A stretch of 63,196 bases of DNA, counting the filler, from Intoshia linei (taxonomy: Eukaryota > Animalia > Orthonectida), in assembly GCA_001642005.1 (NCBI GenBank). It is 7 parts of 7 records of this genome, joined end to end, with 100 filler letters (N's around TTAATTAATTAA, not from the genome) between each part and the next. Parts side by side here need not be neighbours in the genome. Positions count along the whole stretch, not along the records: positions 1 to 24,661 come from LWCA01000529.1; positions 24,762 to 28,428 come from LWCA01002205.1; 5 more parts are not named here. One strand, 5' to 3'. The notes beneath the pieces are model-generated. The model was given only the letters and a program-made list of their open reading frames with translations. It was not told the DNA's origin and made no database searches. Every line of letters starts with the position of its first letter. The stretch's first letter is position 1. The position numbers were made by a program, and so were the translations under genes. Positions 14,101-27,919 of the stretch are shown here, in pieces.

Positions 14101-17100
14101 TGGAAAAATTATAAATCCATCCCAATGGAATTAAATGATACAATTTTAATTAACTCTTATGATTATCATTACATAAATAAATAATTTATAAACAAATGTG
14201 TCGTATAAATTTACCCATCAAAATATCAATTTAATTAATTGTAAAATTTCAATTTAGTTAAATCTCACAATTAATATTTAATTTTTTAGAAAACCATACC
14301 GTGATTTGGTCAAGATTAGGAGATAATTTAGAGTTACCATGCACAGAAAAAACACCTCAGAATATTGTATGGAACAAAAACTCATTTATCTGTAATTATT
14401 TTTTGAATTATATAATTAACATGTTAATAAATTAATTTTTCAATTTAGATTTACGTAGAGCTGCAATAGTTGAAATTAAAAATTTAACGGCACAAGACAG
14501 TGGCATTTATGAGTGTTATTTCAAAGGTGTTTATAAAATTATCAAAACTTTTACAATAAATATAATTGGTAATCCTTATTTTATATTATTACATTTTTTA
14601 CATTACATTACTTATGGTCAGTGACCATTCATAAAGATAGATTAATTCCAAATTACAATGTATGTATCAATAAAAAATAAAAGTATCAAGACTGCTGTAT
14701 TTTATAGTTAATGCCATCTATTTTTAAGTTGGCATTGATGCATTATAATTTTTCTTTTCAAAACTTATGTCATAGAAGAAACCAATTTATATGTAGACAA
14801 TGACACGAAAATAAATCATAATCTCAATTTTATATTTGGTATACCAGTTTTGCGTTTTGTCATGAATTTGCATTAATGATGTTATTACATGTGACAAAAA
14901 TTATGATATTCACCATTTTGTATTTATATTACCCGTATTTGTACTTTAAATTAAAATTTGACATTTTAAATCAAATGTATGATTTATTAGAGATAAAAAT
15001 TTGTCAAATCATATTTTCGAAAGTGAAAATAACATTTTTTATTGTAGATGATGTGTCACGTGAAAAACCCTATTAAACTGACTTGATACGTCAATTTTAA
15101 AAATGTTGGGAATTTTTATTTACACTGTAGTTATTTATAAATTTAAAAACCTGTCCTACCGGTTACATGGCCCAGTGCATATATTGTATCCTTGAAACAA
15201 TTTTTATTATACATTATAATATTTCAATAATTGAATCAATATTTAGTTGAACCTAGTGATCCATCCATTGTGGGTTATATGAACAATTCTGAAATTACCT
15301 TGATTGAATTGAAAAACAACGTTCAAAACTTGTCATGTATAACAACAGGATCGAATCCTCCAGCTAAACTAACCTGGTCTATAATATACTCTAATGGTTC
15401 AATTGACAGTGAAAGTAGTAGTAAATTGATATCATTCACCGACACTTATGAATCAAACGAAAAGAAACTATTTACTACATTTAGTTACATCACCCTCATT
15501 ATAAAAAAAAATCTAAACAACAAATTCATTTCTTGTTATATTCCAGACAATAATATATTTCTCAAGAAAAAATCAACTCAATTGCTAATTAATGTGAAAT
15601 GTAAGTTTTTCAATTAAAATTAAAATTAATAAATCAATTAGACGTTCCAGATACACCTGTTATTCAATTGGAAAAATCGGAATATGTTGAAGGAGAAAAA
15701 ATGTCAATTTCGTGCGTCTCGCAAATTGCTAATCCAATACCAATTGTGTATTGGCAAAAACGTAATATTAATAATTTGGACAATGTAAACTGGATTACAA
15801 AAACACAAGATAATTTCATCAAAAATTCTAAAAAAAGATTTGACAAAAAGAATCCGATTTTGTATATTTATTCTTCTATTGCTAATAGAATTGATAACGA
15901 TATTATTTTTAATTGTTGTGTCAAGAATTCTCTCAATTTAAACAATCCAAAATGCAAAGATACTAGATTGACAGTTTTTTGTAATTATTTAAATTTTATA
16001 AATCTAAACATATGATAAGAACGTAATTTAACGACAGACTCGTTGAATACTGAGAAATCAGTTTCGAATACTGAAAAAAATAATCATTTGTGTTTTTTAT
16101 TATTTTAATTTATTATATCCATTATTAAATAATTATTTAAATTTACCTCATTTTTGTCCAATGAATTGTTTTATCTAAATTTTATTGCGCCATAAATGTA
16201 CCAGGTAATATTTATAAAACCATGAATATAGTTAAATTTTATAAATTTACAATCATCTTATTCATATTAGTTGGCGCAATTTTTTTAAGTGGTTCAGGTA
16301 ATATTTCTTACGTTATTTGTTATTTATTTAAATTATATTTTTTTATTGTTAAGTATGTTATAATTAAGTCTTCAACTGTAGTTTTTTTATATTTGGTATA
16401 AACATTTACAATTTAAATTACAATTTTTATTTTTTTGAATTAATTTATTTAGATGGACCAGATTCCGTGGATATAGAATACGATGATGTTGGTAGATTAA
16501 ATGTAGTACAAGAAGCAACATGCACTTCAAATTTATGTAAACCCAAATGTGAAATATATTGGATCGTGGACGATGGTATTGTTATACGAATGTCTCAAAA
16601 AAAACTGATATCCAAAAAGGTAAATTATTTAAATTTTTCAAAAATCGTCATTATTTCATTTTTTTTAATTTTAAGTAAATTTTAAACGTTTTTAATAGAA
16701 TTAGGCGTTTTTTTGATGTTTCAATTAAAATTTCATTACTACAAAATATTCATTTTAAAGCGGTGGTTAGGATTAAAAGTTTCTTTGATTCAAGATTTGT
16801 TTTCATTATTGAATCTTTTAATTCTTCTATTTATATTTAATGCGATTAAGGGGAAGTGATAATTAATTGTTAATCCTACCGGAAAGAGTTTGATTAAAAT
16901 TAAAATTCCTTTTTCAAATTATAATTTAGAATGGAATAATATCAAAAAATTCAATAAAATATACAATAAACGATGAAAAACAAACATATAAAATTAAATG
17001 TGTAACAAAAAATGAAAAAACTGGAAATGTCATTGAAAGGGAACAATTTATCCATATATTGCGTAAATACTTTTTTTTACTATAAAAAATGGTTAATTTT

Positions 17101-19138
17101 AGGTAAACCACATAATGTGTTTATTGAAGGTACAGAAAATGATGAATATTCTTATAGTGAAGGTGATACACTGAATTTGAATTGCATTTCTGAAAATGCA
17201 TACCCGAAACCTTTAATGAAGTGGTGTATTGGTAATCTTATCAAATTTAATTTGATTAATTTTGATTATTATAATTAGACTACAATAAATCATCACTTGT
17301 TGAAAACGATTATATAGTTGAAAATAAAAAATGCAATGAAATGCCATCAAAATATTTAAACGGGATTGTTAATAAACCTGGAATAGATTCTAGAAAATTG
17401 GGATTTGTTTTATCTAAACGAGATAACGGCAAAATTATTTATTGCAATGTAACAAATGAAGCCACCACTTTGCCCATTCTTGCACCAGTCAAGATTACTG
17501 TTTTTTGTACTTATTTGTTATTTATTAAGTAATGTTAAATGTAGACCTTGCAAATATTCTGAATATGAGTATAAACAAAGAAATTATTTATGAGGGTGAG
17601 GAGGTGACTATAACATGCACTAGTGGAGCCAGCAATCCAGTTTCCACCATATTTTGGGGAAATGTGACTAGTCACTTGAACAAAATGGATGAAAATGAAT
17701 TGGAAGATGAAATAAATTATTACAACATGTTTGATAATTACAAAAAAACTTCTGAAGTGATTCGAGCCAAAACAAATTATGAAGGGTGGATTACAATTGA
17801 CCATATTACTTTTATCGCAACTGCTAAACACCACAAATTATCAATTCAATGTGAAGTTACAAATAATAAAAATAAAAAATATGTGAGAAAAAACTATTTT
17901 TTGAAAGTTTTGCGTAATTCTATAAATTTAGTTTTTTTATATTATTTTTTTAGATAAACCTTATTTTGGTGAAAAAAGTAGACGTATAATATATGTTAAG
18001 CAGCATGATGACGTTAAAATAAATGCTTTTGCTCGAGGTAATCCAGAAAAAGTTGAATTCAAATGGTTTCACGAATCTTCTCCTCTTTCTAAATTATTAG
18101 AATTGAACTCTCGCGAATCAAATAAAACTCACACCAATACTTCCACCTTTTTTTCAAGATATCATCTTGTAAATCCTTTTATTTTATTAATCAAAAATGT
18201 TACTTTTAAAGATTCAGCAAATTTTTCAATTTTGGCCACAAATTCGATTGGTCAATCCATGTTGCATATTAAAATTTTGATTAAAGGTTTTTAATGTTTC
18301 AATAATTAAACTTAAATTTAATATTTCAAATAAAATTAATTTTTAATTAATTTAGAAAATTCTTTAAACAGTTTCTCAGTCTTTCCTGCTTACATACTTA
18401 CCAAGAAAAATGTAATGTTTGCAGTTATTCTTATCGGTATTGTATTAATATTTGTCATAATTTCTATCATTCTTTATCACAAAAAAAGGAAAATTAAAAA
18501 ACAATGTAATAATTTATCAAATTAATTTATTTACATTAATGCTAAAATTTAATTTTATTCTAGTGAAAAAATGTTCATTTGAAAATGCTAATACGTATCC
18601 CAATTACCACAATAAAATCAAATCAATTCATGTATACTTTATATAAATTTATTTAATTTAATTTTGTAGGTGCCAAATAATTATAGTCAATCCGTCGCAC
18701 ATTTAAATTGCCAATCCATATCCACGTTATCAGCTTTAGCACAATTTAGAAAGTCTCATAAAATAAAAAATAATAGTCAAAATTGTGTTTTTAATACTTC
18801 TGATTACAATTTATCCAAAGATGACTGGTCATCAGAACTACGCAGTAAATCCATCAAATTGAAGAATACTTGCCAGGGTAAATTTAAAATATTAGAATAA
18901 ATGTTAAAAAGTTAAATTTTTTTTATAAATTTTAATTTTAGAATGCAATCATATTTATTAATATTGTAAGTTTTATTTTCGGGGACTTTTAACCATATTT
19001 TTTTTTTATTTTTTTGCAATTTATTATATTTATTGTTTTCATTTAGATTCGGGAGTTGTGGATATGCATGGATGTGACTCAGCAACTAGTTCTGGTACAA
19101 ATGACAGTCATTGTAGCGGACATGGCCATTTAGTATAA
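11110..19138 (+). CDS. NPHS1: Nephrin/Sticks-and-stones/SYG-2-like Ig-superfamily single-pass adhesion protein (7 Ig, TM, cytoplasmic tail)
   Basis: Phase-consistent exons: 11110-11212 (signal peptide), 14290-14391, 14449-14568 (DSGIYEC), 15247-15600, 15642-15980, 16453-16619, 16930-17062, 17103-17231, 17279-17506, 17545-17913, 17954-18286, 18356-18506 (TM FAVILIGIVLIFVIISIILY-HKKRK), ~18564-18631, 18670-18877, 18942-18965, 19047-19138. Repeated C..NP..W Ig motifs; C-terminus SGHGHLV* matches the GHLV end of nephrin/Sns. Confidence 0.88.
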
Positions 19139-19659
19139 ATTTAAAATTTATTTACCAAATTTAATTTTTTGTGTTTATTGTTGTACATATTAAAAACCAT
19201 TACAATTATTTGTTTGTTTTAATTACCTCGTAATATTGATCGCAAAAATTTATAATTTTACTTTTAATTTGATTGCAGTGAAGAATATTATGGTTGTGAT
19301 TAAGAAATTTTTTTTGAATCTTTAAAACAAATCGTAGCAGATGGTGTTTTGTTTTTCTTAGTAAATTACAAAATTTGATATATACATGTATATTATACAT
19401 ATTTATATTTAATGTGTAGAAATGTACACCTATAAAAGTCTGCCCTCGGCAGAACTAGTTACTGTTTGTACCAAGCACATAATATACTAGCTAGTCACTA
19501 GTGTAATTAAATTCAAATTGTGAAAAAATACATTGTACAGTTTAATATTTTATAAATAAATTTTTTCAACATGATACAAACGATTCATAAATGACCATAA
19601 TGAATAAAATTTTTGCAAGTTAAAGCTTAACTTAAACATATAATTTTAAGTTTGTAATA

Positions 19660-21413
19660 TTATGACATTCCATAACATTCTAAAATTCCAGTTGTAAACT
19701 CAGAAATTTCTGTTGATGAGGTAATTAACGGTTCATTTCCAAATGTTTCCGAATGAGCAGTGTATCCTTTACTTAAATCTCCATTTACAAAACGTATCGC
19801 CCCAGTTGTTCTATAAATAATTAAAATTAACACGTAAATAATCTCATCACAATCCTGAAGTTCACAATATCATGACAATTGAAAAATTTGAGTTTAATTT
19901 TAACCTTTGTGGGTTTATTAATAATTTTTATAAGTGGATATGGGGTCATACAGTTTTAATTGGACCGGGTCTTCTATGAACTATACTGATCTGGCCATAG
20001 AGAGTTTTAATTGAACACTTTAAAAATTTAGAAGGAGTTTTAAGGATAAATTCAATTGCTTTTAAAAAAAAAATTTAAAAATAATTCAATGGCCGCCTAG
20101 GTTGAAATCACAAAATTTTATCTTACTGTTTTACCACGTACAGATTAGTAGTTATGTAGTATGTGGATTGTGTAATTATGTAAAATAATATGGATTATTA
20201 TTTTAATTTATCTTTTGTTAATTTTTTTTATTTAAAATTTTTACCCGAAAAAATAATTATAAATTGACTAAAAAAATTTTTCAAAATTATTGTTGTGCGT
20301 TTCATAGATTAAAGAATCTTTATTATAATTGTTATAAATTATATATATACCCTCCTCCAACTATGATAGTTGTATCGTCTCCATAAATGAAACTATCTAC
20401 TCCATCTTTTTTCTTTTCAGTCCATCCATATACACTCATTTTATTTTCAGTCATTTTAAAAACAAATGTTTCTCCATTTCTAAAATAATATAATCATAAT
20501 GGAAATAAAGTCATCATTTTTTCTCCAACCTTGATAATCTTATAATACATTATATTATTTTTCACAGTAATCAATAATTCATTAATTTATAATTAGTAAT
20601 TTTTTTCATTTTCATAATTCAATTTCCCCTGCTTTTTTAGCACTTATTAAAATTAAGAGCCCAAAGCGGGTTATATTGTATGTGTCTAATTATACATTTA
20701 TAATTTACGTTATTAACATAAATTTTTCATTACACTTACGATTAATATACTCAAATTACCAAATAAATGAATAATTACCCAAAATACGAAAATTTTCGTT
20801 TATTAGTAGGAATGCGTTTATTCCAGTCTTGAGAACACAGGGCACCAAAGATCTAAATATAGTAAACATTTATTTTAAATATTAATATTTCGTTACTTTT
20901 GATTTACCAAACTATTCAAATCTAACTTAGACTTCCAAATTAAATGCTTTTTTTATTTACATGTTAATAACAAAATATTAAAATTTAATTAATTAATAAG
21001 AGTTCGCAATAAACGTTTTTAAAAGAGGGAGATAATCTGAAAATAACATTTTTTAATCTGGAGGCTATGGTTCAAAAATGATTGACAATCCCTGACTTAC
21101 AGTAATCCCTCTAGTTAACCAATGATATAACTTGACACAACACAAAACAAAAAACCTGTGAATCACTAGTTGATACGAGTAAAATAGTGTATGTATAATT
21201 TGCAACTTTTCGATAAAACGTTAAAAATGAAAATCCATCATCACGAGAAGAAAACAGAAGAATTGGTAATTTGATTTTAACTGTTGCAATAAAAGTATTA
21301 TAAAGGTTATTCCACTAAAATATAATTAATCAATTATTAAAAATAAAAACCATTTCTAGCGTTAAAATATGACTTTTGGCTGCATCTGTGTAGTTTAAAA
21401 AATCTTCCATTTC
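19660..21413 (-). CDS. TBC1D24: TLDc-domain protein, TBC1D24/Skywalker-like, last five exons only
   Basis: Exons 21351-21413, 21156-21314, 20779-20852, 20351-20479, 19660-19810 join in phase: LLFSSRDDGFSFLTFYRKV..IFGALCSQDW..YFGNGETFVF..IIVGGG..GDLSKGYTAHSETFGNEPL..ECYGMS*. TLDc is confident; the TBC1D24 rather than OXR1 assignment rests on the FGAxCSxxW..YFG spacing. Confidence 0.82.
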
Positions 21414-21887
21414 CTAAATTGCAATTTAAAGCTATCAAGTTATATCAATGTAAATAAACTTTTAATACTAATACGTTAGACTTAAAACACAAGTAATTAA
21501 AATTAAGTTATATTATATTATAATTAAGTAATTAATGAAAGTAATCTTAGTTGATAAATTTAAAATTTAAATGATAGCTTTTACATAATAAAAATTCTGT
21601 TAAATAACATAAATATCCATTATATTTTATAATTATGCTACGCCCGTTTGAAATTTGAGTCAATGAGAATACTTGTGTTTTATAGTAAAAACGTTTTGAA
21701 TAAGTTGAAAAATGAGCTATTAATTACAAGGGAAACATCTTTAAAATCTACTAAAATGTATGAAATATAAAAAAAACTCCAAACTTTGACATTTACATGA
21801 AGATGTAACTCTGAAATAATTGATTAATTTTTAAACTAAATTTTTTCATTAAGATGAGTAATTTGATTATACGCATTAGTCATAGTG

Positions 21888-24076
21888 CAGTGATTGCCGA
21901 TTCAAATAGTGTACGAACCTCATTTTAAAATATTTTTTTTTGGACCCCAAAGTAGTGATTGTGATTTGCCGGGAAAAATAAAAAATTTTTATTCATATAT
22001 AATATAGAAGCATTAAAAATTTTAGACACCTTAATTAATTTTAGAAACNAAATTTAATTAATGAAATAACACAAATCTAGATTGAAATTTACAAATTTAA
22101 TTATAAAAAAAATTTATTTATTTTAGATAGTTGAAAAACTGTTTCAAAACACATAATATTGATAGATTCGTCTTTTAAACAAGTTCTACGTTTTGTAACG
22201 AAATTAGAAGCAGTAGAGAAATTTCTTTCATTTTGTGTTGACGTTGGTTGAACGGACATAAGGGCTTCCTTTAATTTTAACAATCTTGATGATAGCGTTC
22301 TAGTTCGTAACAATTCATAATATTTTTCAAAATAATATTGGAAAAAGAGGATAATTCTCTTAAGCGTTAGTAATTTGTGGTTAGAATACGAGATTTTTTA
22401 TTTATGGTTTGATGAAGGGATTTTTAAAAAGAATATCGGTGTAAGTCAATTTTTCCATGAGGGCTTATAATTATTATATTATTACTATTATTATATTAAT
22501 TATGAAATATAAAACATTTATCAAAAAATTAATGTTTTTTTCTTATAAGATTCGTGTTTTTATAAAAAATATTAAAATAAGTGGATTATTTATTTTGGGT
22601 TTTGGATTAAAAAGTTAATGTTCATAAAATTTGTTAAAATCGGATATTTCAAAAAAAATTTCGGTAAAAGTGGATTTTTCCCTGATGGTTTGAAATGGTA
22701 TTTCTTAATAAATTTTATTAATGGTGGAATTTTTTAAATTATACTGTATCAATCATCTAGGCTTTGGGATAAATTCCCAATATCTGACAACTCTGTAATA
22801 AATTTTAAAAATTATGCTATTAATAATTATGTATAATAATAAATAAAAATGGATAATAATCCTTACTTATATAAAATTCTTTGTCTGTGTGTGTTATCGT
22901 TTATTTTCATAATCACCAATCTTAGAATTTTATAAATTCCACATTTCAATTACAGTTTTTTCCCGGACGTATAAGATAAATTTCAACCTCCCAAACTCAT
23001 ATCTTACGGGTTAAACTCCCCAAAATGTCCTTTTTTTTGAAAATCAAACGAGTTGAAGAATTTAAAAAAATTTCAATCTGAATAAGTGACGCCTTCACGG
23101 TCAAAAAAACATTTTAGTATTCATATTTTTTTTTCGAAATATATTAAAACAAAAAATGTGAAATAATTAACGGTCCGAAAATTAAAAAAAAAAGATTAAT
23201 CTGATAGAGCTTATTCCAGTTGATATAAATACAAAATTTCAACCTCATAAATCTAAGCATTCCCGGTGAAAAATAATTTTGAATATATTACAAACCAATA
23301 TTTTTAAAATAATTCGATTAAAATAAATATTGAAAATGTAAATATTGATCCTACAATTTCAAAAAAACGTGCACTGAACGTCTACACATTTCCAATAAAG
23401 AAATATTGGTGAAAATATACATAATTCATTTTTTCAGATTTTTTTTCATTCTCAAAAAATTTCACGAAATTTATTTAAAAACTGCAACCAAAAGTTATTG
23501 TTAAAAGTTATTTTTGTATTTATTACAATGCTTTGCAATGTTGGTAAAATTCATCCGAAATATGTTTTTAAACTGCTGTTTCCGTTAATTATTGATACAA
23601 AATTAATATTTTTTAAACATCGTAAGAAGATACTGAATATACAGGTTTATTTATAATTTATAATTTTATTTTTTATGGAATTTAAGCTATTTTGGCTTTA
23701 TTTTTAAGATAATACACTCATTATCTCTAACAAATTGAATAAATCGGATGACAAATTTTTTTTTAGAATTATATACAAAAATAAAATTAAGTAAGAATCA
23801 TTTATTTTAAATTAAAAGGTAATGTGACTTTCAAGTTTATAAAATGATTGTTAATAAGTCTCTAAACGATTGTTAATAATTAGTAGCATTTTTAATTAGG
23901 ACTTTATTATTTAATAGAATTAGATAAATCTGTCCTCAGCAGAGTTATGTGATGTTTATACGTAGTACAAAACAGCCAAGCTAGTTATCCTATAAAAATA
24001 AATAATCATATTTTATATTTAATTTGAATCTCACAGACCCAGGCTGATAGTTTTGGACCCCAATCGGGAATCACTG
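21888..24076 (-). mobile_element. Internally deleted hAT transposon with 15-bp TIRs and a transposase dimerization-domain remnant
   Basis: TIRs CAGTGATTGCCGATT (21888) and AATCGGGAATCACTG (ends 24076); ORF 22101-22313 has PTSTQNERNFSTASNFVTKRRTCL; flanking 8-mers TCATAGTG/TTGTAGTC match at only 5 of 8. Confidence 0.85.
22860..23984 (+). mobile_element. Non-autonomous Helitron-like element, apparently full length, nested in the hAT element
   Basis: Starts A|TCCTTACTTATATA with a TG microsatellite, ends CAAGCTAG|T, no TSD; homologous to five other copies in the window. Confidence 0.75.
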
Positions 24077-24151
24077 TTGTAGTCGAATAAAGCTATGATT
24101 TACACACAATTCATCATATTGACTGATATTTCAAACGAACGGCAACATATA

Positions 24152-24661
24152 CACCCCCGACAAAACGTTAGAGCACTCTATAAAAATTAAAATAAAATTT
24201 AATAAATTTAGAAAATGACTTACATGACATGTCAAAGTTTATAAATATAATTTATTGCAATTATTCATCGCTAATTACCTCAAAATATTTATTTTCATTA
24301 TCGATCACGCGACAAAAGTGCTCTAAGAGATTATATTTTAGGTATTAATTAGCAGTAAAGCTAAATTTTTTAAAATAAAATGAAATTTCAAAATATATCT
24401 AATTAATAAATACATATAGAATACACAATTTTTGATAAAGATGTCTAAAGGAAAATATTTAAATGAACAAGAAAAGGGAATTATTGATTATATGATAAAG
24501 GAAAGGCACAGCCAGTTGAAAATTGCAATAACATTAGCAAGAAGTAGGAAGTTCATACAAACGTATCTCAATAATCGTTCGTCAAAAAAATTAAATAATA
24601 AAATTGAACGCCCAAAGACATTAAGTCCATCTGATAGACGACTTTTATTGCGAGAAGCGTC
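24152..24661 (+). mobile_element. Tc1/Tc3-like transposon left end and transposase N-terminus, cut by gap
   Basis: TA|CACCCCCGACAAAA terminus; MSKGKYLNEQEKGII..IAITLARSRKFIQTYL..RPKTLSPSDRRLLLREA is a Tc3-type paired HTH with GRP-like linker. Confidence 0.8.
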
Positions 24662-24761
24662 NNNNNNNNNNNNNNNNNNNNNNNNNNNNNNNNNNNNNNN
24701 NNNNNTTAATTAATTAANNNNNNNNNNNNNNNNNNNNNNNNNNNNNNNNNNNNNNNNNNNN
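24662..24761. other. Assembly gap spacer (same at 28429-28528, 31089-31188, 44806-44905, 53392-53491, 58654-58753)
   Basis: Six identical 100-nt N blocks with a central TTAATTAATTAA, which has stops in all six frames. Confidence 0.97.
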
Positions 24762-24849
24762 TTGTTTCGTTGTTTCGGTTCTAAATAATGAAATTATAAC
24801 ATTTCAAACTAAAAATAATATTGATGTTATACCTATCAATATTTTCAAA

Positions 24850-27710
24850 ATTCATTGACTCTTGAAGTTGAGATTATTTTTATACTACTGATAAATTATT
24901 CTAAATTATGGATTTATATACTATCTATTTATTATATACCCTTTTATTTTATTTTGCATACCTTTATTTATTATATATCCTTTTATTTTATGCTTCTATT
25001 TTATAACTTAATTAATTAGTATTTATTTAAAAATTTTGTTTATTTTTTAGAATACTTTTGAGTTTTTTTGGTTTTTGAGTCTTTAATTCAATTTTATATT
25101 TGGTTATTGCTTTTTGTATACCTTTGTCGGTGACAAACGCATGNGAAATTTATTGACTCTTGAAGTTGAGATTATTTTTTCATACTACTGATAAATTATT
25201 CTAAATTATGGATTTATATACTATTCTATTTATTTATTATATACCCTTTTATTTTATTTAATTTTGCATACCTTTATTTATTATATATCCTTTTATTTTA
25301 TTTTATTATTTTTTGCTTGTATTTTATATTGTATTATATAACTTAATTAATTAGTATTTATTTAAAAATTTTGTTTATTTTTTAGGATGCTTTTGAGATT
25401 TTTTGGTTTTTGAGTCTTTAATTTAATTTTATATTTGGTTATTGCTTTTTGTATACCTTTGTCGGTGACAAACGCATGTACGTCACCGATAGGATTTTGA
25501 TTAAATCTTGCCTTATTATTCTTTTTATTTTTATTACTATTTTTGATCTTTTTTTGCCATAAACATTAAAAAAATTTTCCGATTTTATTGGAAAATAACA
25601 ATTCTAAAAATGCGCAATTAAATAAATATGTTTTATGTCCCCTCTTACTTATTAAATGAAATAATACCATTTTTTTAAATAATTTAAGCTTTAATTTTAG
25701 CTAAATATTATCATTTTGTTAAATTACAAATTTACATTACATCAATCATGATAATAAGGCTTACCAGTTAATTAATAAAATTGATTGTACATTTCTTCAC
25801 AGTACAGTCCATTGTTTTTTTAAATCATTTTAATCTAAATTTTCATTGATCTGTATAATTTGACTTGAATTACAGANGGAAAATAACAATTCTAAAAATG
25901 CGCAATTAAATAAATATGTTTTATGTCCCCTCTTACTTATTAAATGAAATAATACCATTTTTTTAATTTTTAAATAGGTACTATTGAAAAATTTTTTAAT
26001 TTTATTCTTAAAATAGTATAAATTAAAATTATTCCAATATAATTTCAACTAATGATATTTGCGCGCTTTTTCTCTCACTAGATATTTTGATTTTGTTTTC
26101 AGTATCTAGCCAATTTCTTGCCAACGCATAACCGAAATATACATTTTTTTAAATATTTTAGACTTTAATTTTAGCTAAATATTATCATCTTGTTAAATTA
26201 CAAATTTACATTACATCAATCATGATAATAAGGCTTACCAGTTAATTGATAAAATTGATTGTACATTTCTTCACAGTACAGTTCATTGTTTTTTTAAATC
26301 ATTTTAATCTAAATTTTCATTGATTTGTATAATTTGACTTATATTACAGAAATTATCAAACTTTATTTTCAAAAAATTTAAATTGTTAAAACCAAATTGT
26401 ATTTTTTAATATTAATAATCTCGTTATCACGAAAAACAAAAGAATTTAATTAATCAAATTGAATTAACTATACAATAATGGTCAACAATTTTCATCAAAT
26501 ATAATTAATAAGTCGTATCTCCCGGCTTCCAATTTAATATTTGATTTGTGCCATGAAGCTTCAGAATCAGCAAATTTGACAGTAAATTAATTTCTTCTTT
26601 AGTAGATTATTCAATTGATGAGATTTCCATATTAATCAATTTTACATAATGATCAAACAACCAGGATACATTTTTGTTTTTATGGACTGGAGATATAAAT
26701 TTTATCCAATTATTTACGTAAACCACAATATCTGCAATTTCTTCATCATTGACTGCAAATTCTTCACCGGGACAGCTTCACCAACTTTTCATATCGACAA
26801 GTTAAATCACATTTAGGTAAATTATTTTAATGACTTAGGTTGTCCACAATTTTACTGACCTTTGGTANCTTTTTGTATACCTTTGTCGGTGACAAACGCA
26901 TGTACGTCACCGATAGGATTTTGATTAAATCTTGCCTTATTATTCTTTTTATTTTTATTACTATTTTTGATCTTTTTTTGCCATAAACATTAAAAAAATT
27001 TTCCGATTTTATTGGAAAATAACAATTCTAAAAATGCGCAATTAAATAAATATGTTTTATGTCCCCTCTTACTTATTAAATGAAATAATACCATTTTTTT
27101 AAATAATTTAAGCTTTAATTTTAGCTAAATATTATCATTTTGTTAAATTACAAATTTACATTACATCAATCATGATAATAAGGCTTACCAGTTAATTAAT
27201 AAAATTGATTGTACATTTCTTCACAGTACAGTCCATTGTTTTTTTAAATCATTTTAATCTAAATTTTCATTGATCTGTATAATTTGACTTGAATTACAGA
27301 AATTATCAAGCTTTTTATTTTAAAAAATTTAAATTGTTAAAACCAGATTGTATTTTTTAATATTGATAATCTCGTTATCACGAAAAACAAAAGAATTTAA
27401 TTAATCAGATTGAATTAACTATACAATAATGGTCAACAATTTTCATCAAATATAATTAACAAGTCGTATCTCCCGGCTTCGGTTTAATTTAATATTAGTT
27501 TAATTTAATATTTGATTTGTGCCATGAAGCTTCAGAATCAGCAAATTTGACAGTAAATTAATTTCTTCTTTAGTAGATTATTCAATTGATGAGATTTCCA
27601 TATTAATCAATTTTACATAATGATCAAACAACCAGGATACATTTTTGTTTTTATGGACTGGAGATATAAATTTTATCCAATTATTTACGTAAACCACATT
27701 ATCTGGAGCA
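24850..27710. repeat. Near-identical duplicated segments split by single Ns (repeat copies or unmerged contig overlaps)
   Basis: 24853-25143 resembles 25152-25478; 25445-25876 resembles 26869-27300; 26150-26730 resembles 27100-27700; breakpoints coincide with single N at 25144, 25877 and 26868. Confidence 0.85.
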
Positions 27711-27919
27711 ACATAAGATTGAACAATATGTTTTTCTAAAATTAAAAAATGATCAAAAAAAAATTGAAAACTAAAATTTAACTATATAAAACCCTGAAAC
27801 GTTCCATATCTTAAATTCACACATCTCAGATTGGAACTTTCATTGTTGAATTGTACTTTTAAACTTTAAATTCGATGTATTAGGTCATTCACAAAGTAAT
27901 GTTGTTTTTATAACTAAAA

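Noticed and set aside
17535-17834. Antisense or alternate-frame ORFs over real genes (also 15664, 16926, 43706, 54614, 55514)
   Set aside because: Shadow frames of genuine coding sequence
24706-24717. TTAATTAATTAA palindrome repeated six times inside N-runs
   Set aside because: Artificial gap spacer, not biological sequence
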